64,000 nt of DNA from Nymphaea colorata (GCF_008831285.2 NC_045138.2:30814001-30878000); one strand, 5' to 3'; numbered from the stretch's first letter, positions 23,257 to 36,233 are shown. The notes: generated from the letters alone by a model not told the origin. A program made the numbers and translations.

Positions 23257-26200
23257 ATGGGGAAGAAGGGAAGGGCCATTATAGTGGGTGGGAGTGTTGC
23301 AGGTTTGTCATGCGCTCACGCGCTCATACAGGCCGGTTGTGACGTGGTGGTGCTGGAAAAGGTTCGCAGACCGTCCGGCAGTGCAACAGGTGCTGGTCTT
23401 GGCCTCGACCCTCAATCCTGTCGATTCCTCAGCCACTGGCTTGGTGACCCTAATCTCCTTGTCCGCTCCACCCTCCCCCTTAATATAGACCAGGCATGTG
23501 CTCCCTCCACCGAATCCTTCCTAGCTTTTTTTTCTGCAGATTTTCAACTCCTTAATGCTTCTTAATTCTTGTCTGAGCGGATGGTAGGCTGTTTTAGGCC
23601 TCGAGAACTCCCCCTTCTGGCTTCTTCCTGAATTGAATGGAAAAAATGTTCCTGAGGCCTAGATGAAGAGAGTAAGATGGTGGAGGGCGGATGTTTGAAG
23701 CCATTTCCATGTTTCTATTCCTTTTTATTTTCATATTGCTGAAGTCTCCTCGATTAAGATAAAACACTAACGTGAACATTTTTGTTTGTGTTTCATTCTT
23801 GGTACATGTCATATGCTGAAAATTCGTTTCCTGTATGCCTAGTTTGCTTGCGGATGAAAGTGTGATTTGATTCGCTTTTCTGTGTTCCAAACGTTGTACA
23901 ATTCACAAACGCATACACCTTGAATTTGGTAGAGGATGCAGTGTCCATACATATTCTATGGGGGAATAGATTCAAATCTTAGTTTAGGATGGCCGCGTGC
24001 CTCCGCTCTCATGGGTCTATTTGGAAACCAGAACCACAGATTTTATATAGCAGGAATCAGAAAGACTCCACTATTTGGCTGCTCTTCGTTTATTCAATGC
24101 CATATTGTGCTGTGTAACGTTGAATTTCCCGGTTGCTTTAGCCCGGTATGAGTCTGGTGCCTCTTTAGCTTTCTTGCCGACAGTTGCTAGTGAGGGTTTG
24201 TCAATTAAGGTAAGTAAAGCTCCCTTTCATGTGGGAGACCTTTCAAGTAACTCGAGCTCTCCCTCGTGAAATATATCCATATGAATTGCTAGAAGCCATT
24301 TAGGATGTGGATGCCTCTATGCCATAAAAGTTGAAATTTCTCTTAGAAAGAAACAGTAACGAATGACTTGGACTATGATTGCTCATGTCGCATCTTCCTT
24401 TCTGATATCTCAATGAGCATCATAGAATCAATGTATTTTTTGTAAGCTTTCAACCTGTTCATCGCTTGGAAGTATCTTGGGTTATCAGCCTTCTGTGGAC
24501 GTTCCATTGTTAACCTGAGTTAGTAGTGTGCCTTCTTTTCCTGAACTTCAAAGTGTACCAATGTACTTACAGAAATTCCCTATCAGGTGCAGGTGTCTGC
24601 TAATTTGCTATGTATGAGTATACATTCCATCTTTTACATGTTTTTCTCAAATGGGAGCCACTCCAATATGAAAAATCTATGAAATACTGGCAGCAAAACA
24701 TACAGAAAGATGAGTGATTGGATACAAGTAATTGGTAAATGTATCCTCTATGATGCTACTCAGATATTTTAAGATAAATGTGTTGGGTGCCTCTATTCTA
24801 TTGTAATTTTCCCTATTGACTGTATTATACTATTATTATGTCTTCTATCTTATTATTGTTATTCCTTTGAGATGTTGATCAATTTAAGCTGTCCCATATA
24901 TTTCCATGTTGCTTTCTGCTGCAATTCCAGTGTATAGTTACTCTGAACCTTCAAATATGAATCAGTTGTCACAAAGAATTTGAATTTGATCTGGAATTGG
25001 ATATAAATCCTATTGATTAAGAGTTTTGGAATTTCAATAAGCAATTAATATCTATGATCATGGCATTGTTGATTCTTCTGTAATAATATTCTTATTTCTA
25101 TTTTTCCTTTTTAAGGTGTAGAATCAAGCAACAGACAGTCATAATAGAATAACTATGCCTATTGCAAGAGATGAAAAGTTCAATTTTAGAGCTGTGTACT
25201 GGAATGATCTTCATGGTCTTCTCTACAATGCACTGCCCAGTGAAACAGTACTTTGGGGGCACCAATTTCTGGCATTCCAGCCAGCTCATGACAAAAATTC
25301 TGTTAAAATACAAGCCAGGATTGTTGAGTCAGGAAACACTGTGGAGATTGTTGGAGATTTACTTGTTGCTGCAGATGGGAGCATGTCCATAATCCGTCAC
25401 CTTCTTCTACCTGATTGTAAACTCAGGTGCACACTTTAATGTTCAATGAAAAACATAGATTCCTTTTTGCTACTCAATCAGCTCCATGCAGAGAACTGCT
25501 CTGGCTTTGCCTGAGCCCATGCATAATCTTTTCATATGCTTCACTGTGTACTCTCTGGCTCTTCATTTCCCTAAGCTCAAAGGTTAAGTTTGTTAGCCTA
25601 GTAAAGTCTCTAAGGTGGCGTAATGCCTATAAGTGTATTATTAGTTTAATAATTTATGTGCTATGCACTATTAGTCTAATGATTTGCATAAATTTTCCCC
25701 TTTACCATAAGCAAATCCCTTAGCTTCATGGTTTCATGGATCAGAATTTTGGAATTACTTTGCTGATTGTGTCATAGACAGAAGGGAGAGTGCAATGAAG
25801 CGGGACCTACAGTGTACATAGGATGGAAAAAGCAGAAACTTTGGTACATTGGTTAGACATCAGTTTTAGTTTGATAGCATAATGACCAATGACATAAAAG
25901 CCATGAGCACTCTCTTCACAGAGGTTACTAAAAAAAACTGTCTTTATGAAATGGTGGTACAGCTGGGTACATCCAGAGCTGCCTTATTCTCAGTTTAAAC
26001 AGAACAAACTGCTTTATCTTAGTTGCCTTTTCAAATTTGTAGTAAACTGACAGTTATGGTAAATAAATGGAACGGGAAATTTGATTTATTTTTCATGATG
26101 TAGATCCTTTACCTTGCCTGGTGAAAAGAAAACATGTATAGCTTATTATAACCTGAAGGAGTTTCAGAGAGGTTTTGGTACATCCTTGTGGAGACAAGGT

Positions 26201-27323
26201 TGTGGTAAGTCCTTACAAAGCTCTCCACTTTAAGACTAGATGGATAAATTATCAATGCATGCACAAGCTTGAACGAAGTGCTGGTAGCTAGTCATGTTTC
26301 TCAATAATACAACTTCTAGTGGAGTCATTCCTAACTAACTAAGATTGGAGTGAGGGATCCAGTTATGGCACTTGACTCACAAAAACTTGAGCATTGACAT
26401 CATTAACAGTTACAAAGAGAATTAGGACAGTAAAAGGCTGCAGTTCGGTGTATGTAGTTCATTCTAGACAAGCTCTTATTTGATGTCTTTTAAGTGGGCA
26501 TAGGAAATAGGTCTTTCTTCGTGTTTGAGTGGACACTGAACAATAAATTCTTTGCGATGACATATTGTTATCCAAGCATGAAATTCTGTGTTGAGACTGT
26601 TGATAAGTTCAATGTTTACAGCTTCCTTTATCTAATATAGGTATTCAGGTTACTGTGCATGGAGAGGTGTTTTGGATTTTTCTGAAGCTGAATTTTCCCA
26701 GACTATGAAAGGAATTCAGAAAGCATATCCTGATCTCGGAAATTGCTTATACTTTGACATCACATTAGGATCTCATTGCGTACTCTATGAACTGCAAAAT
26801 AAAAGGCTAAACTGGCTTTGGTATATTAATCAACCAGAACCAGAACTGAAGGTACTATTTGTATTGCCACTAGTGAAGACTGGTTTTGCAGTAGTAAACA
26901 GTAAAAACACAATTGTTGTTGCTTTCCTTGTTAGCGTGCATGGTGACGTGATATCATTTTAGAGTACTAATAATTGATTGTGTGATACAACTATCATTTT
27001 CAATGTTTCTTCATTGGTGGATCTGCTAAAGCTGGACATATGATGCTTGATGTCTTGAGCATATATATCTATACCACTCACAAATATCAGGCATTTTTTA
27101 AAATGACGCAAGATTAACGTTAAATAGATTCAAATGGAAAAAAGATGTGTTTTTCTGAAAAAAAACTCCAAAATGAATTTAATGCAACTTTTTCTCATTT
27201 TGTCATATTTTTTTGCATTATTTTTACATTATTTTTGCTTCAAAGTTTAAAAGTTATTAATTTTTATCATTAATAAAAACTAAAAACAACATTTTTATCA
27301 TTTCATCCAGTTATATATTATAT

Positions 27324-27383
<60 letters not shown>

Positions 27384-28355
27384 TATATATATGCACACAC
27401 ACACACATTTTTAGAAGATTTTTCCAAGATTTTCAACTTTGCCAAAAAATACCTGAGAAAAACTTGCTGTTTAGAACGTGTTAATGGTATTTGTGACAAT
27501 GATCTATGCACACACATAACATCCTTCTTGGAAAGGTTGGCATCTTAGTTTTAATTTTGTATACGTTTTAAAAGATCTGATCTCTATTTCCCAAACACAT
27601 GTATCCTTCTTAGGAATTTTGATATTTGAATTTCTTGTCTAAATAAATGATCTGATTTCTACTTTCTGAACACGTACGTTTCAAGTACTATTCTTGGAAA
27701 TGTTGACATCTGAATTTGTATATCTTGTTAAAGATCTGAAGTCTACCTTCTAAACAGATATTTTCTACAAAAATGTTGTATCTATTCCATTTGATTTATC
27801 ACCGTTGCTACCTGCATGATGCAGGGAGGCTCATTGACGATGAGCATAAGCAGTGAAATGTTGAAGAATATGCATGCAGAGGCAGAGAAGGTGTGGGTTC
27901 CTGAGTTGGCAGAAGTCATGAAGGTCACTGCAGATCCCTTCATTAATGTCATATATGACTGTGATCCTCTGCCAAAGTTGCAGTGGGATAATGTTGTCTT
28001 GGTAGGGGATGCAGCGCACCCTACATCACCCCACGGCCTAAGAAGCACTAATATGTCCATTGTGGATGCTGGCACTTTGGGGCAATGCATTGGGAAATAT
28101 GGTATATCTAACTTGAGTACGGCACTGAAGGAGTATGAAAAATATCGGCTTCCTGTGGTTTCTCAGCAAGTTTTGCACTCACGGAAGCTGGGGCGCTTGA
28201 AGCAGGGCTTAGATTATAAAGGTCATGGGAGAAACTTACACTGGAAGGATGCAAGTAGAGAAGATTGCTTGGGATTATTGCAGAGGAACATGCCGTTCTT
28301 TGCAGGAGCTCCATCACCTGCTGATTCGGAAGCACTCCCCCTCATGATGACATAA
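23257..28355 (+). CDS. FAD-dependent monooxygenase (aromatic-ring hydroxylase, 6-hydroxynicotinate/2,6-dihydroxypyridine hydroxylase-like), 427 aa
   Basis: Exons 23257-23493 (GC donor), 25122-25426, 26641-26851 and 27825-28355 sum to 1284 nt in frame. Motifs: Rossmann VGGSVAGL, DG motif DLLVAADG, YSGYCAWRG, GD motif VLVGDAAHPTSPHGLRSTNMSIVDA. Confidence 0.92.
27520..27770. repeat. Three degenerate ~80-bp tandem repeats in monooxygenase intron 3
   Basis: Unit ttcttggaaa.gttg.catct...agatctga.tcta..ttc..aacac occurs three times. Confidence 0.7.
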
Positions 28356-28469
28356 ATTGATGGTAGGTTGCATGAGTACAATCTATTACTGTATACTTAT
28401 CAGTCTGAGTTCTATTGTTCTCCAGTAGGTGAATAACTCAACTCTATTGAATCCTATACTACATGAGGA

Positions 28470-28615
28470 GATGAGATGCTCAGAAGCTACAGTCCATGTG
28501 CATTTAATGCTACATAAATAGCGCAGATACTCAAAAGCTGCAGTCCGCGTGTATTACATTGTACTTACATAAAGATCTGAGATGCTCTGAAGCTACACCC
28601 AATGTGTATCAGATA
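28470..28615. repeat. Three ~52-bp tandem repeats in the monooxygenase 3' region
   Basis: Unit agatgctc.gaagctaca.tcca.gtg.att occurs three times. Confidence 0.7.
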
Positions 28616-28829
28616 GCATGTCTAGTCATGAAATTACTGTTTATTCATACCTTATCTTTACATCTTATCTGGTAGTGTAGCCTGACGTAGATTAGGAAAA
28701 ATGTTCACTACTTTGAGTTATTTTTTCTGGGGAAACATAAAAATCATTTTGGTCGCTGGTCTTACCTGTCATACCTACACTAGAAGTGTAGAACGCTGAG
28801 GTGATGAATCCGTAAACCCTAAGAACCTT

Positions 28830-28942
28830 CCCTACAAGAACACAACAAGCCTCTACTAGCAAGGGCCAGTGAAGCTTGAACCTATTACTGCCGTGCCCTG
28901 ACTAAGGCCCGTCTTTGCTTGTACCGTTGTAGTAACCTTGGG
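28830..28942 (-). mobile_element. Possible tRNA-derived SINE remnant
   Basis: The minus strand shows A-box-like tactacaacgg and B-box-like ggttcaagc at tRNA-like spacing; no clear TSD. Confidence 0.25.
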
Positions 28943-29664
28943 TTCTGTTTCTTTTAGTTTTGGTTAGCTATTCTCTCTCCCATAACTCTCACTACCTGTG
29001 TTCATTCTTTCCCAGAATGTATTCGGTAAAACTGCACAAGTTTTGTTTGATTTATACTTCAAAAGTTCATTTAGTAGATGCAGAAATTTTTAAGACGATC
29101 CAGGAGTTGCTTTCTGGGTCCCCATCAGGCAGAAGCCAACTCCATGTGGTTAAAATTTTTAAGAACATTTGAAAAATTAGCTTTGGAGTATAATCGCAAA
29201 GAATTTATGCCCATTCATATGTTTTATCTAACAAGAAAAATGGGATTTTTTTGTTCGTTAAAATGTGTTGTCAAGTTATGCCTCTGCAATTTCGATAGTT
29301 TACAGTTGTCCTTGCCAATAATCCCAGTTTATTATTCCAATTTTGTTCTAAATTATGAAAAGAAGTAAACCGATCATCATAAATTTGTGTTTACATCGTA
29401 TTTGCTGGAAGAAAATGGATGAGCAATTTGGTCACATTTGATTCTGGCCTCACTTCTCCACGGCATTTTTTAGAAAATGAGCTATCTCATGCACACACAA
29501 TAAGTGTTCACATAAAAGTATACAGACACATGCATGAATGCATACGTGCACAAATGGATGTACATGCATGCACGTTATCCAGTGATGTCCTTTGCCAAAT
29601 GCAAGAAAATGTATGGCAGTCTCCATTTGAAAATATAAATGTGAATCGTACTCACTCAAGATAG

Positions 29665-30690
29665 GGAGAATTTCAAAAAAAAAAACCTGGGTATCAGTTG
29701 AAAGATGGAAATCTATCAAATTTGAGGCAGCTAAATAAATTAGACGTCAGGTAGAAATCAAATCCGCTGCAATAGAAGACAACAAGATTTTCAAAGCACA
29801 GGAGGAAGGTTTCTCAGCCACTGGCTCGGTGACCCTCACCTCCTCATCCGCTCCACCCTCCCCCTTATTATAGACCAGGTTTGTTCTCCCTCCACCGAAT
29901 CCTTCCCGACTTCTTTTCTACAAATTCCCAGCTCCCTAACACTTCTCCATTCTTGTCTGAGACAATGGGAAAAGGGAGTTCCTGAGGCCTAGAAGAAGAG
30001 AGAAAGATGGTGGTAGGCGGAAGCTCCAAGTCATTTCTATGTTTCTGTTCCTTTCTGTCGTCATGTTGCTGAATGTTGCTCTTTGGTTGAGATAATATAG
30101 CAACATGAAGATCTTTGTTAGTATTTCGTTCTTGGTGCACGTCATATTCTGAAAATTCATTTTCTTCATGCGTAATTGGCTCACGGATGAACTGTATGGA
30201 AGTGAAATCTATCTTCTCTTTCGTAAATTTCTTGAAAGTTTAATTTGATTCTTTTCTCGGATTCTAGATGTTGTACAATTTCACAAATCCATGCAGCATG
30301 AAGTTGGTACAGAATCTAGTGTCTTAAAACCTTGAAAATTTTCCATACATGTATTAGGTGTCGTTCTATTGAGTTATTACACACAAAGATGAGATCCTCA
30401 AGAGCTGCAGCCTACACTTCATGTGGATTACATGATACTACATCAATAGATGAGCACATTGAATCGAGTTAATGGGCTTAGTTATTGTAGGTGCTGTGTC
30501 TCTCATTTCGTCTCACTCATAAATTTTATCTAACAAGAAAGCTGAGAACTCTTTTGATCTTTTCTTCAAGTCATAGCTCTGCAATTTCGAGAGTTTACTT
30601 TTGTCGTGGTTGATAATACCAGTTTCTTGTTCCAATTTTGTTCTAAATTATGCATTGAAGTAAATGGGTCAACATATATTTGTATGCACA
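29665..30690 (+). pseudogene. Decayed, internally deleted tandem duplicate of the monooxygenase locus
   Basis: Collinear similarity to the intact locus: 29720-29811 to promoter 22880-22972; 29813-29878 to exon 1 3' part 23428-23493; 29879-30310 to intron 1; 30345-30380 to ~24780-24830; 30388-30450 to the 3'UTR repeats; 30520-30690 to 29220-29400. No start codon, and exons 2-4 are absent. Confidence 0.85.
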
Positions 30691-30943
30691 TTTAGAAAAA
30701 AAGGGTGAACGAACAATAAAATCTTTCTCATCAGAAACAAATTTATACTTCAATCAAATCTTTTTTTTTTTTTTTAACCTTCCGCTAATTGAACTGGAAA
30801 AATCTGTAGAATCAACGGAAACGCTTACAATTGCGGTACTTTTGTCCCTTTTTTTCGGAAAAAAATCACAATGACATGAAATCTTTATACTTGCTGAACC
30901 TTTTAGTTTTGACTCTTACTTCCAATTGCTTAATGAAAAACCT

Positions 30944-31240
30944 GTTGGATACCTCATTCAACAAACTTTTTTGTCCAACCCGTAGGAATCAATAAAAAAG
31001 GCAAATCCCTTATGATAACACTGGATCAGACTCCGTTATTGATAGAGTGAATAGATCTGCCATTTCTTGAAATCTCTCTTTTGATTCAAAATCGTGGTGC
31101 AACGTGTATTTCCCTTTGTTCCTCGGGTCATGAAATAGATGGAATAAATCATAAAATGGGTTTTTGTTCAACAATGAGATCTTACTAGAACTGTCCATAT
31201 CTGGTTCATCCTTTGGAACCAATATCACATCCCTGGTCTA
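30944..31240 (-). pseudogene. ycf2: Nuclear plastid DNA insertion (NUPT): ycf2 fragment with frameshifts
   Basis: Translates to [60 protein letters not shown], and after a frameshift [15 protein letters not shown], matching angiosperm Ycf2 (..[86 protein letters not shown]). Confidence 0.93.
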
Positions 31241-31618
31241 TCCATTGGCGGGCTTGCAAATATATGGTCATCAGTTTGATTTATCTGCGCATTACTCATC
31301 TGGACTACAAACCTTAGATGTGTTGCACTTTAGTTGATAGATGATATGCATTTTACTTAGGTTTCAAAGCGGTCATAAACCTCTAAACAGGGAAACGAAA
31401 GAGGCTTCGGCTTCTTTCTTCATACCTCCAGTCTTAAAATCCACTGTTGTTAATACACTCCTGTGAGCTATAATCTGAAAAAAGAACAAGAAGGATCTAC
31501 CATGATCAAACTACAAGATCATAAAAAATTCCAACGTATCCAAGTTTATGAGACTTTCAACTATTTTAAATTGTTCAAAGAGGTAGTTTTTTTTCCCTTT
31601 TTCTCGGTAGAAACAAGC

Positions 31619-31798
31619 CAGGCGGAGGAAGGGGGGCCCGCCCGGGCCATGGCGCGGGTGAGCGTAGGAAATTTTTTTTTTTTACATTGAAAAAATCAAA
31701 TTTTTTTAGTTTGGCCCGACCGATCGCTCCTCTTGGCCCAACCCTAGCCCGGCCCGCGAATGGTCTTGACCCGACCCTAGAAAAAATCCTCGCTCCTG
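31619..31798. mobile_element. hAT-type MITE, GGGCCATGGC family
   Basis: caggcggaggaagggggcccgcccgggccatggc ... aaaaaatcctcgctcctg resembles 11151-11323 and 7660-7869. Confidence 0.6.
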
Positions 31799-32413
31799 GT
31801 TGCAGAGATTAGGTAGGGTAGGTCCACGAGGACCAGATGACGGCAATAAGAGTACAGTTTTCCATGGCATGCGTGACGACTCAAAGTTTTGGAAAGTCTA
31901 AAATTGTGGGTCATCCTCCCGTAGTCACATGTGCTGATGCATGTACTGTAAGAGAATGTTAACTGGACCAAATTCAAATTGCGTGTACTCTTTACCATAT
32001 TTAATGTATCAAATGACATACTCAAATTCGAATATGAAAGAAAGAACAATGATTTTATACAATACCCGGGTCCTTTTTTTGAATCGACAATCTAAATCTA
32101 ACTTTTACATTCACAAATCAATCTGAATGTAAAACTAAATCCTAATCCGAATGTGAATTTGGAAGGGGTATTTGCTTAAAACCAAATCTGAATCCGAGTC
32201 GGATCTAATGTTTATGTCGTTTACTTTGAAGTTCGGTAGCCACCCCCATGTATCACATGAGAGAGAGAAAGTGTGCAATTGCTGGTTTACATTTTATATA
32301 AGAAATCTGCATTAATAATACACCACATCAGCCAATACATACTTACGTTGGTAACTCTAGAAAACAAGAATTATATGTGCAGATTATCATATGACATGAC
32401 CAAAATGTGGAAT

Positions 32414-32479
<66 letters not shown>

Positions 32480-32807
32480 CTTATCAAAATGGCTTTGGCA
32501 CTGCTCAATCCCATCGATTCTCAAGCGCCACGCTGGCCACACTGCCGCTTCTTTTTTTGTTGAAGAAACGAACGAACGAAAAAAAGAAGAAAAGAAGAAA
32601 AATATTAGTTTTTGGAAGAGCACATGCATTGCTTCCTTCGTTGATTAAGAAAATTTTTGAATTGAAATGTTATGATAAAGAGGACAGGGTTGTGTGGGTC
32701 CCACTCGTTTGATCAATTTGGAAGCCACCATGATGTGGACCATAGTTACAGATACTGTTTACGCGGTTTCAATGGTTTCAACGTTTTTTTTGGTACAATA
32801 CAGCAAG

Positions 32808-32811
<4 letters not shown>

Positions 32812-32874
<63 letters not shown>
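32812..32874. repeat. (AT)n microsatellite; others at 8531-8569, 13272-13349 (compound), 27325-27392 and 32417-32474
   Basis: Read directly; these repeats cause the YIYIYI ORFs. Confidence 0.95.
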
Positions 32875-32875
<1 letters not shown>

Positions 32876-34164
32876 CTTTTATTGTGCTCCCTCAGCATAC
32901 ATGTTACTAAACCTTCCTAATGTTAGGCATGGATCAAGCTAAATTGATGAAATGTTCATAATTTATGAATGGCCCAATATAAGAATCCAAACTTTCAAGC
33001 TGGATCTGGTTCGACTCTTTTGAACATCGACTCTCTCTCTCTCTGAGATTGTTTTTGTACTTAGGGGACCTCTTGTCTTCAGATTTTGTTATATATTCCC
33101 ATTTTATCGGCTCTCTCTCTCTCTCTTACTAGTGAAAATTCTTCCGCAGAGAAAAAGTTGTGGCCACTAATACCATCCATCAATGCCAACCATGATGATG
33201 CCAAAGGCATATATTAATGGCATCCATTGTCCTTGAATTGTGCCACCTTTCATGCACATGGATCCCACTTGACAACCATGCATGACTTGGAATGCTGGAA
33301 AAATACTGGGATTTAATGCAATGTCACTAACTTATATGCTCGGCATCATAACATTATTTCTTGTAACTTATATGCTCAATATCCCAATATTATTTTCTAA
33401 TGTATGTGGCTTCCCTTTACAACTAGTCCACATGATGAGTAAGCTATAGTGGGAAGCGTGCTGGCTGGGACTAAGCTTGAAAGTTAGCTGGGTGCGATTG
33501 CTTTGCATCAAGACTTAGTTAATCGATAATCTCTTAAATGATATGGGACCCTCTTTCCCGACCCACTGCCAATTTATGCTAATTTATAATCATGAACGCT
33601 CGTCATGGTTTTCGGGTAAGCAGAAAGTTAACAACCCATTGCCTAGAAAAAAGAAAAAAAAACCAGAAGACCCCCTCGGTCTCGATAACTCGGACTGCAT
33701 TAGAACATGAATGAGGTAGGACACCTATTAACTATAGTGTCGTGAGCCCACTATTTATTGTCCATTGGAATAGCACCCATAAGAATCAAACCGAAGATGC
33801 ACCTTTTATACGATGGACTGCTCGACCAGTTACCCGATGCTCCTTTGGGCCGATGCTGGTTTTTTATTTGATTTGGAAAGGAAAATCTCATGACAGATTT
33901 GTTACGTACTATACTATTTTTTAAAGTTAGGAACATGCGCTAAAGAACATCATGAGGGAATCTTTGAGGAGAATTTCTGCTAACCAAATAAATTACTTTG
34001 AAAATTTGTACCTTAATTTGGTTTTATATAATGTACAACAGCTTCATAAAGACATGCCAAACAAAGTATTGAATCTTCAAAATATAAGTAAACAACTAAG
34101 TGAATTGTTCTTTACAAAATAATCCACAAATTCTAACAATGATAGTACATTAGCCTCAGGCCTA

Positions 34165-34187
34165 TCTCTCTCTCTCTCTCTCTCTCT

Positions 34188-34260
<73 letters not shown>
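34165..34260. repeat. Compound palindromic microsatellite (CT)n-(AT)n-(AG)n
   Basis: Read directly from the sequence. Confidence 0.95.
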
Positions 34261-34264
<4 letters not shown>

Positions 34265-34268
34265 GTGT

Positions 34269-34576
34269 ACCTGCCAAGCTCTCATGTGGCCAGCTTGATG
34301 GGAATTCTTTGGGCCATTGACTTTGAGGAGATTAGATAGGTGGATATCAAGTTCAAAAGAAAATTGAAAGCTAGTTGTATTTTCAAGAGGCTAAAATACC
34401 TTTTTTAATTAAGGAAACAAATGATTTTCTTATTGCCTCTATTGAGGGATATTTTAGTCTCTTGAAAACGCAAGTAGCTTTGCAATTTTTTCAACTTCAT
34501 CTCTACCATATGGATCTTGTTAAAATCAATGGTCCAGAAAGTCTTATCAAATATGGCATTTGAGGGTTTGGTAGCT
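34269..34576. mobile_element. Long foldback element (about 140-bp arms), MITE/Mutator-like
   Basis: Arms pair along their length, e.g. tttcaagaggctaaaata / tattttagtctcttgaaa, gggccattgacttt / aaaatcaatggtcc, ctgccaagctctca / tgagggtttggtag. Confidence 0.8.
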
Positions 34577-35391
34577 TTATATATGTGTGTGTGTGTTTTC
34601 CTGTATGATTAAAAATTAAAATTTTAAAAATATCTGTCATGGATTTCTTTTTTTTTTAACCATCCAAGAACATCACCCATATATGTGACAGTTTTGACAA
34701 TCCTACCTTCTCAATCCTCCTCTCTCCTGTCAACTCTCGTTGTTGAATAAGGAAGATAAATTAAAAGCAAAAGCATTAAACACAAAAGTGAGTTGGAAAG
34801 ATATCGCAAGAGAATTTGGTTGTCAAAATTTGCAGAACTAGGATCTGACTTTATAATACATATATACACATACTTTCTTTATGTTAACATACTTTACCCA
34901 ACAAAAGTGGTTGTGTTGGATTAATAATTGCAACGACAACTTTGATTTGGCATCATGGACACGTTTAGGTCTACTCTCTCATTTTTTGGGGGCTCTAGAC
35001 TGCTTAGGTCTACCCGTTTGTCTAGACCTCACTTTTTATCATTGTCTTTGTGTCGTGTTTGTCTTTAATTAGAAGTTAGCACCTTTCACGCTGTCTCTCA
35101 AAAGCATAGACCAAAGAAACAATAGAAAAAGGATGTGCTTAGTTAAAAAATAACAGGAGGAAGATAAGATCTATATGAATAAATGTTGGAGTCAAGTTGG
35201 CCATGTCTCGAGCACTAAAATGTAATGATCTTTTACGTAACCCAACACTTTGGGGGTGCATGATTACTAGAGATGGAAACTGGACATAGAAAATGCGCTG
35301 AACATGATTTAGAAGTAACTGAAGAACATGTCATAATATATATTACAAGAACACCATGTTCTTATTTTGAGAAGCATGCTGTAATTATGTC

Positions 35392-35680
35392 TGAGCCTCG
35401 GCATCGGGCTGGCCCGGCCCGATAAGAAGTTGGGCTCGGGCTGACCCGACACCTGAAACTCGGGCTCAACTCGAAACTTAAAACTCGAAAATATACATTT
35501 TTAATATAAAATAATATATAAATATAATTAATCGTAATAAAATATTATAATTTTATCTAAAAAATAATAAAAATATATATTAAAAATTTTTTATCGGGCC
35601 CACCTGGGCAGGCCTGATGCCTTTTTTTCTGGGCTTGAGTTGCGCCGAGCACCTGGTATCTGCCGGCGGCCCAGCCTCTA
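35392..35680. mobile_element. MITE with GGCCC-rich subtermini and an AT-rich core
   Basis: gggctggcccggcccg..gggctcggg on the left, AT-rich centre, cgggccc..ggcccagcctcta on the right. Confidence 0.6.
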
Positions 35681-36102
35681 GCTTTTAATTGTTAAATTTG
35701 AGAACAACATCCATAATCACACTATATTTCTTAGAACATGAATATGGTATTGTTGAAACATGTATTATAAAAACACATCTTCAAAAACATAATGTTCTTC
35801 TTGTCAAACACCTTTTCAAAAAATTCATTTGACATGAGGTTTTGTTAGGTGCCTTTAGTTTTCAATGTGCATGCATAAAAGCGGTTGATTGTTTTGTCTT
35901 CTCTAAACTAAAATTTACATTACATGGTTGTTCCAAATAGCTCTTGTTAAAACATAATGGACAATGAAGTTGAGTAAGCTCCATTTTAAGATTAGTAAAA
36001 GGACTTTTATTCTCTCTCTCTCTAGCCCTTGTCACTCTCTTTATTTAATTGTGCAAAAACTGCTTTATATTGGAGTGTGTGTGCCAGAAGATGGGCAGTA
36101 GC

Positions 36103-36233
36103 GGCATTAGCTTGAGGCTGGTGTGGGCAGCTGCCTACCTCAGCCTGTGTAAACCCGTACCAAAGTTTTATTATGGTGATGCTAGACTTAGGCCTAGTCT
36201 TATGCGGAGCCCACACCAGACCTAGGCTAATGT
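36103..36233. repeat. GC-rich inverted repeat / hairpin
   Basis: ggcattagcttgaggctggtgtgggc pairs with gcccacaccagacctaggctaatgtc. Confidence 0.75.

Noticed and set aside
28800..28905. Possible C/D snoRNA (GTGATGA ... CTGA) or telomerase-RNA template (TAAACCCT)
   Set aside because: No terminal stem, no recognisable rRNA guide and no USE/TATA promoter; it overlaps a SINE-like remnant.
32273..32942. ORFs with YIYIYI runs (also at 8354, 13261, 27323, 46394)
   Set aside because: Artefacts of (AT)n and (AG)n microsatellites.
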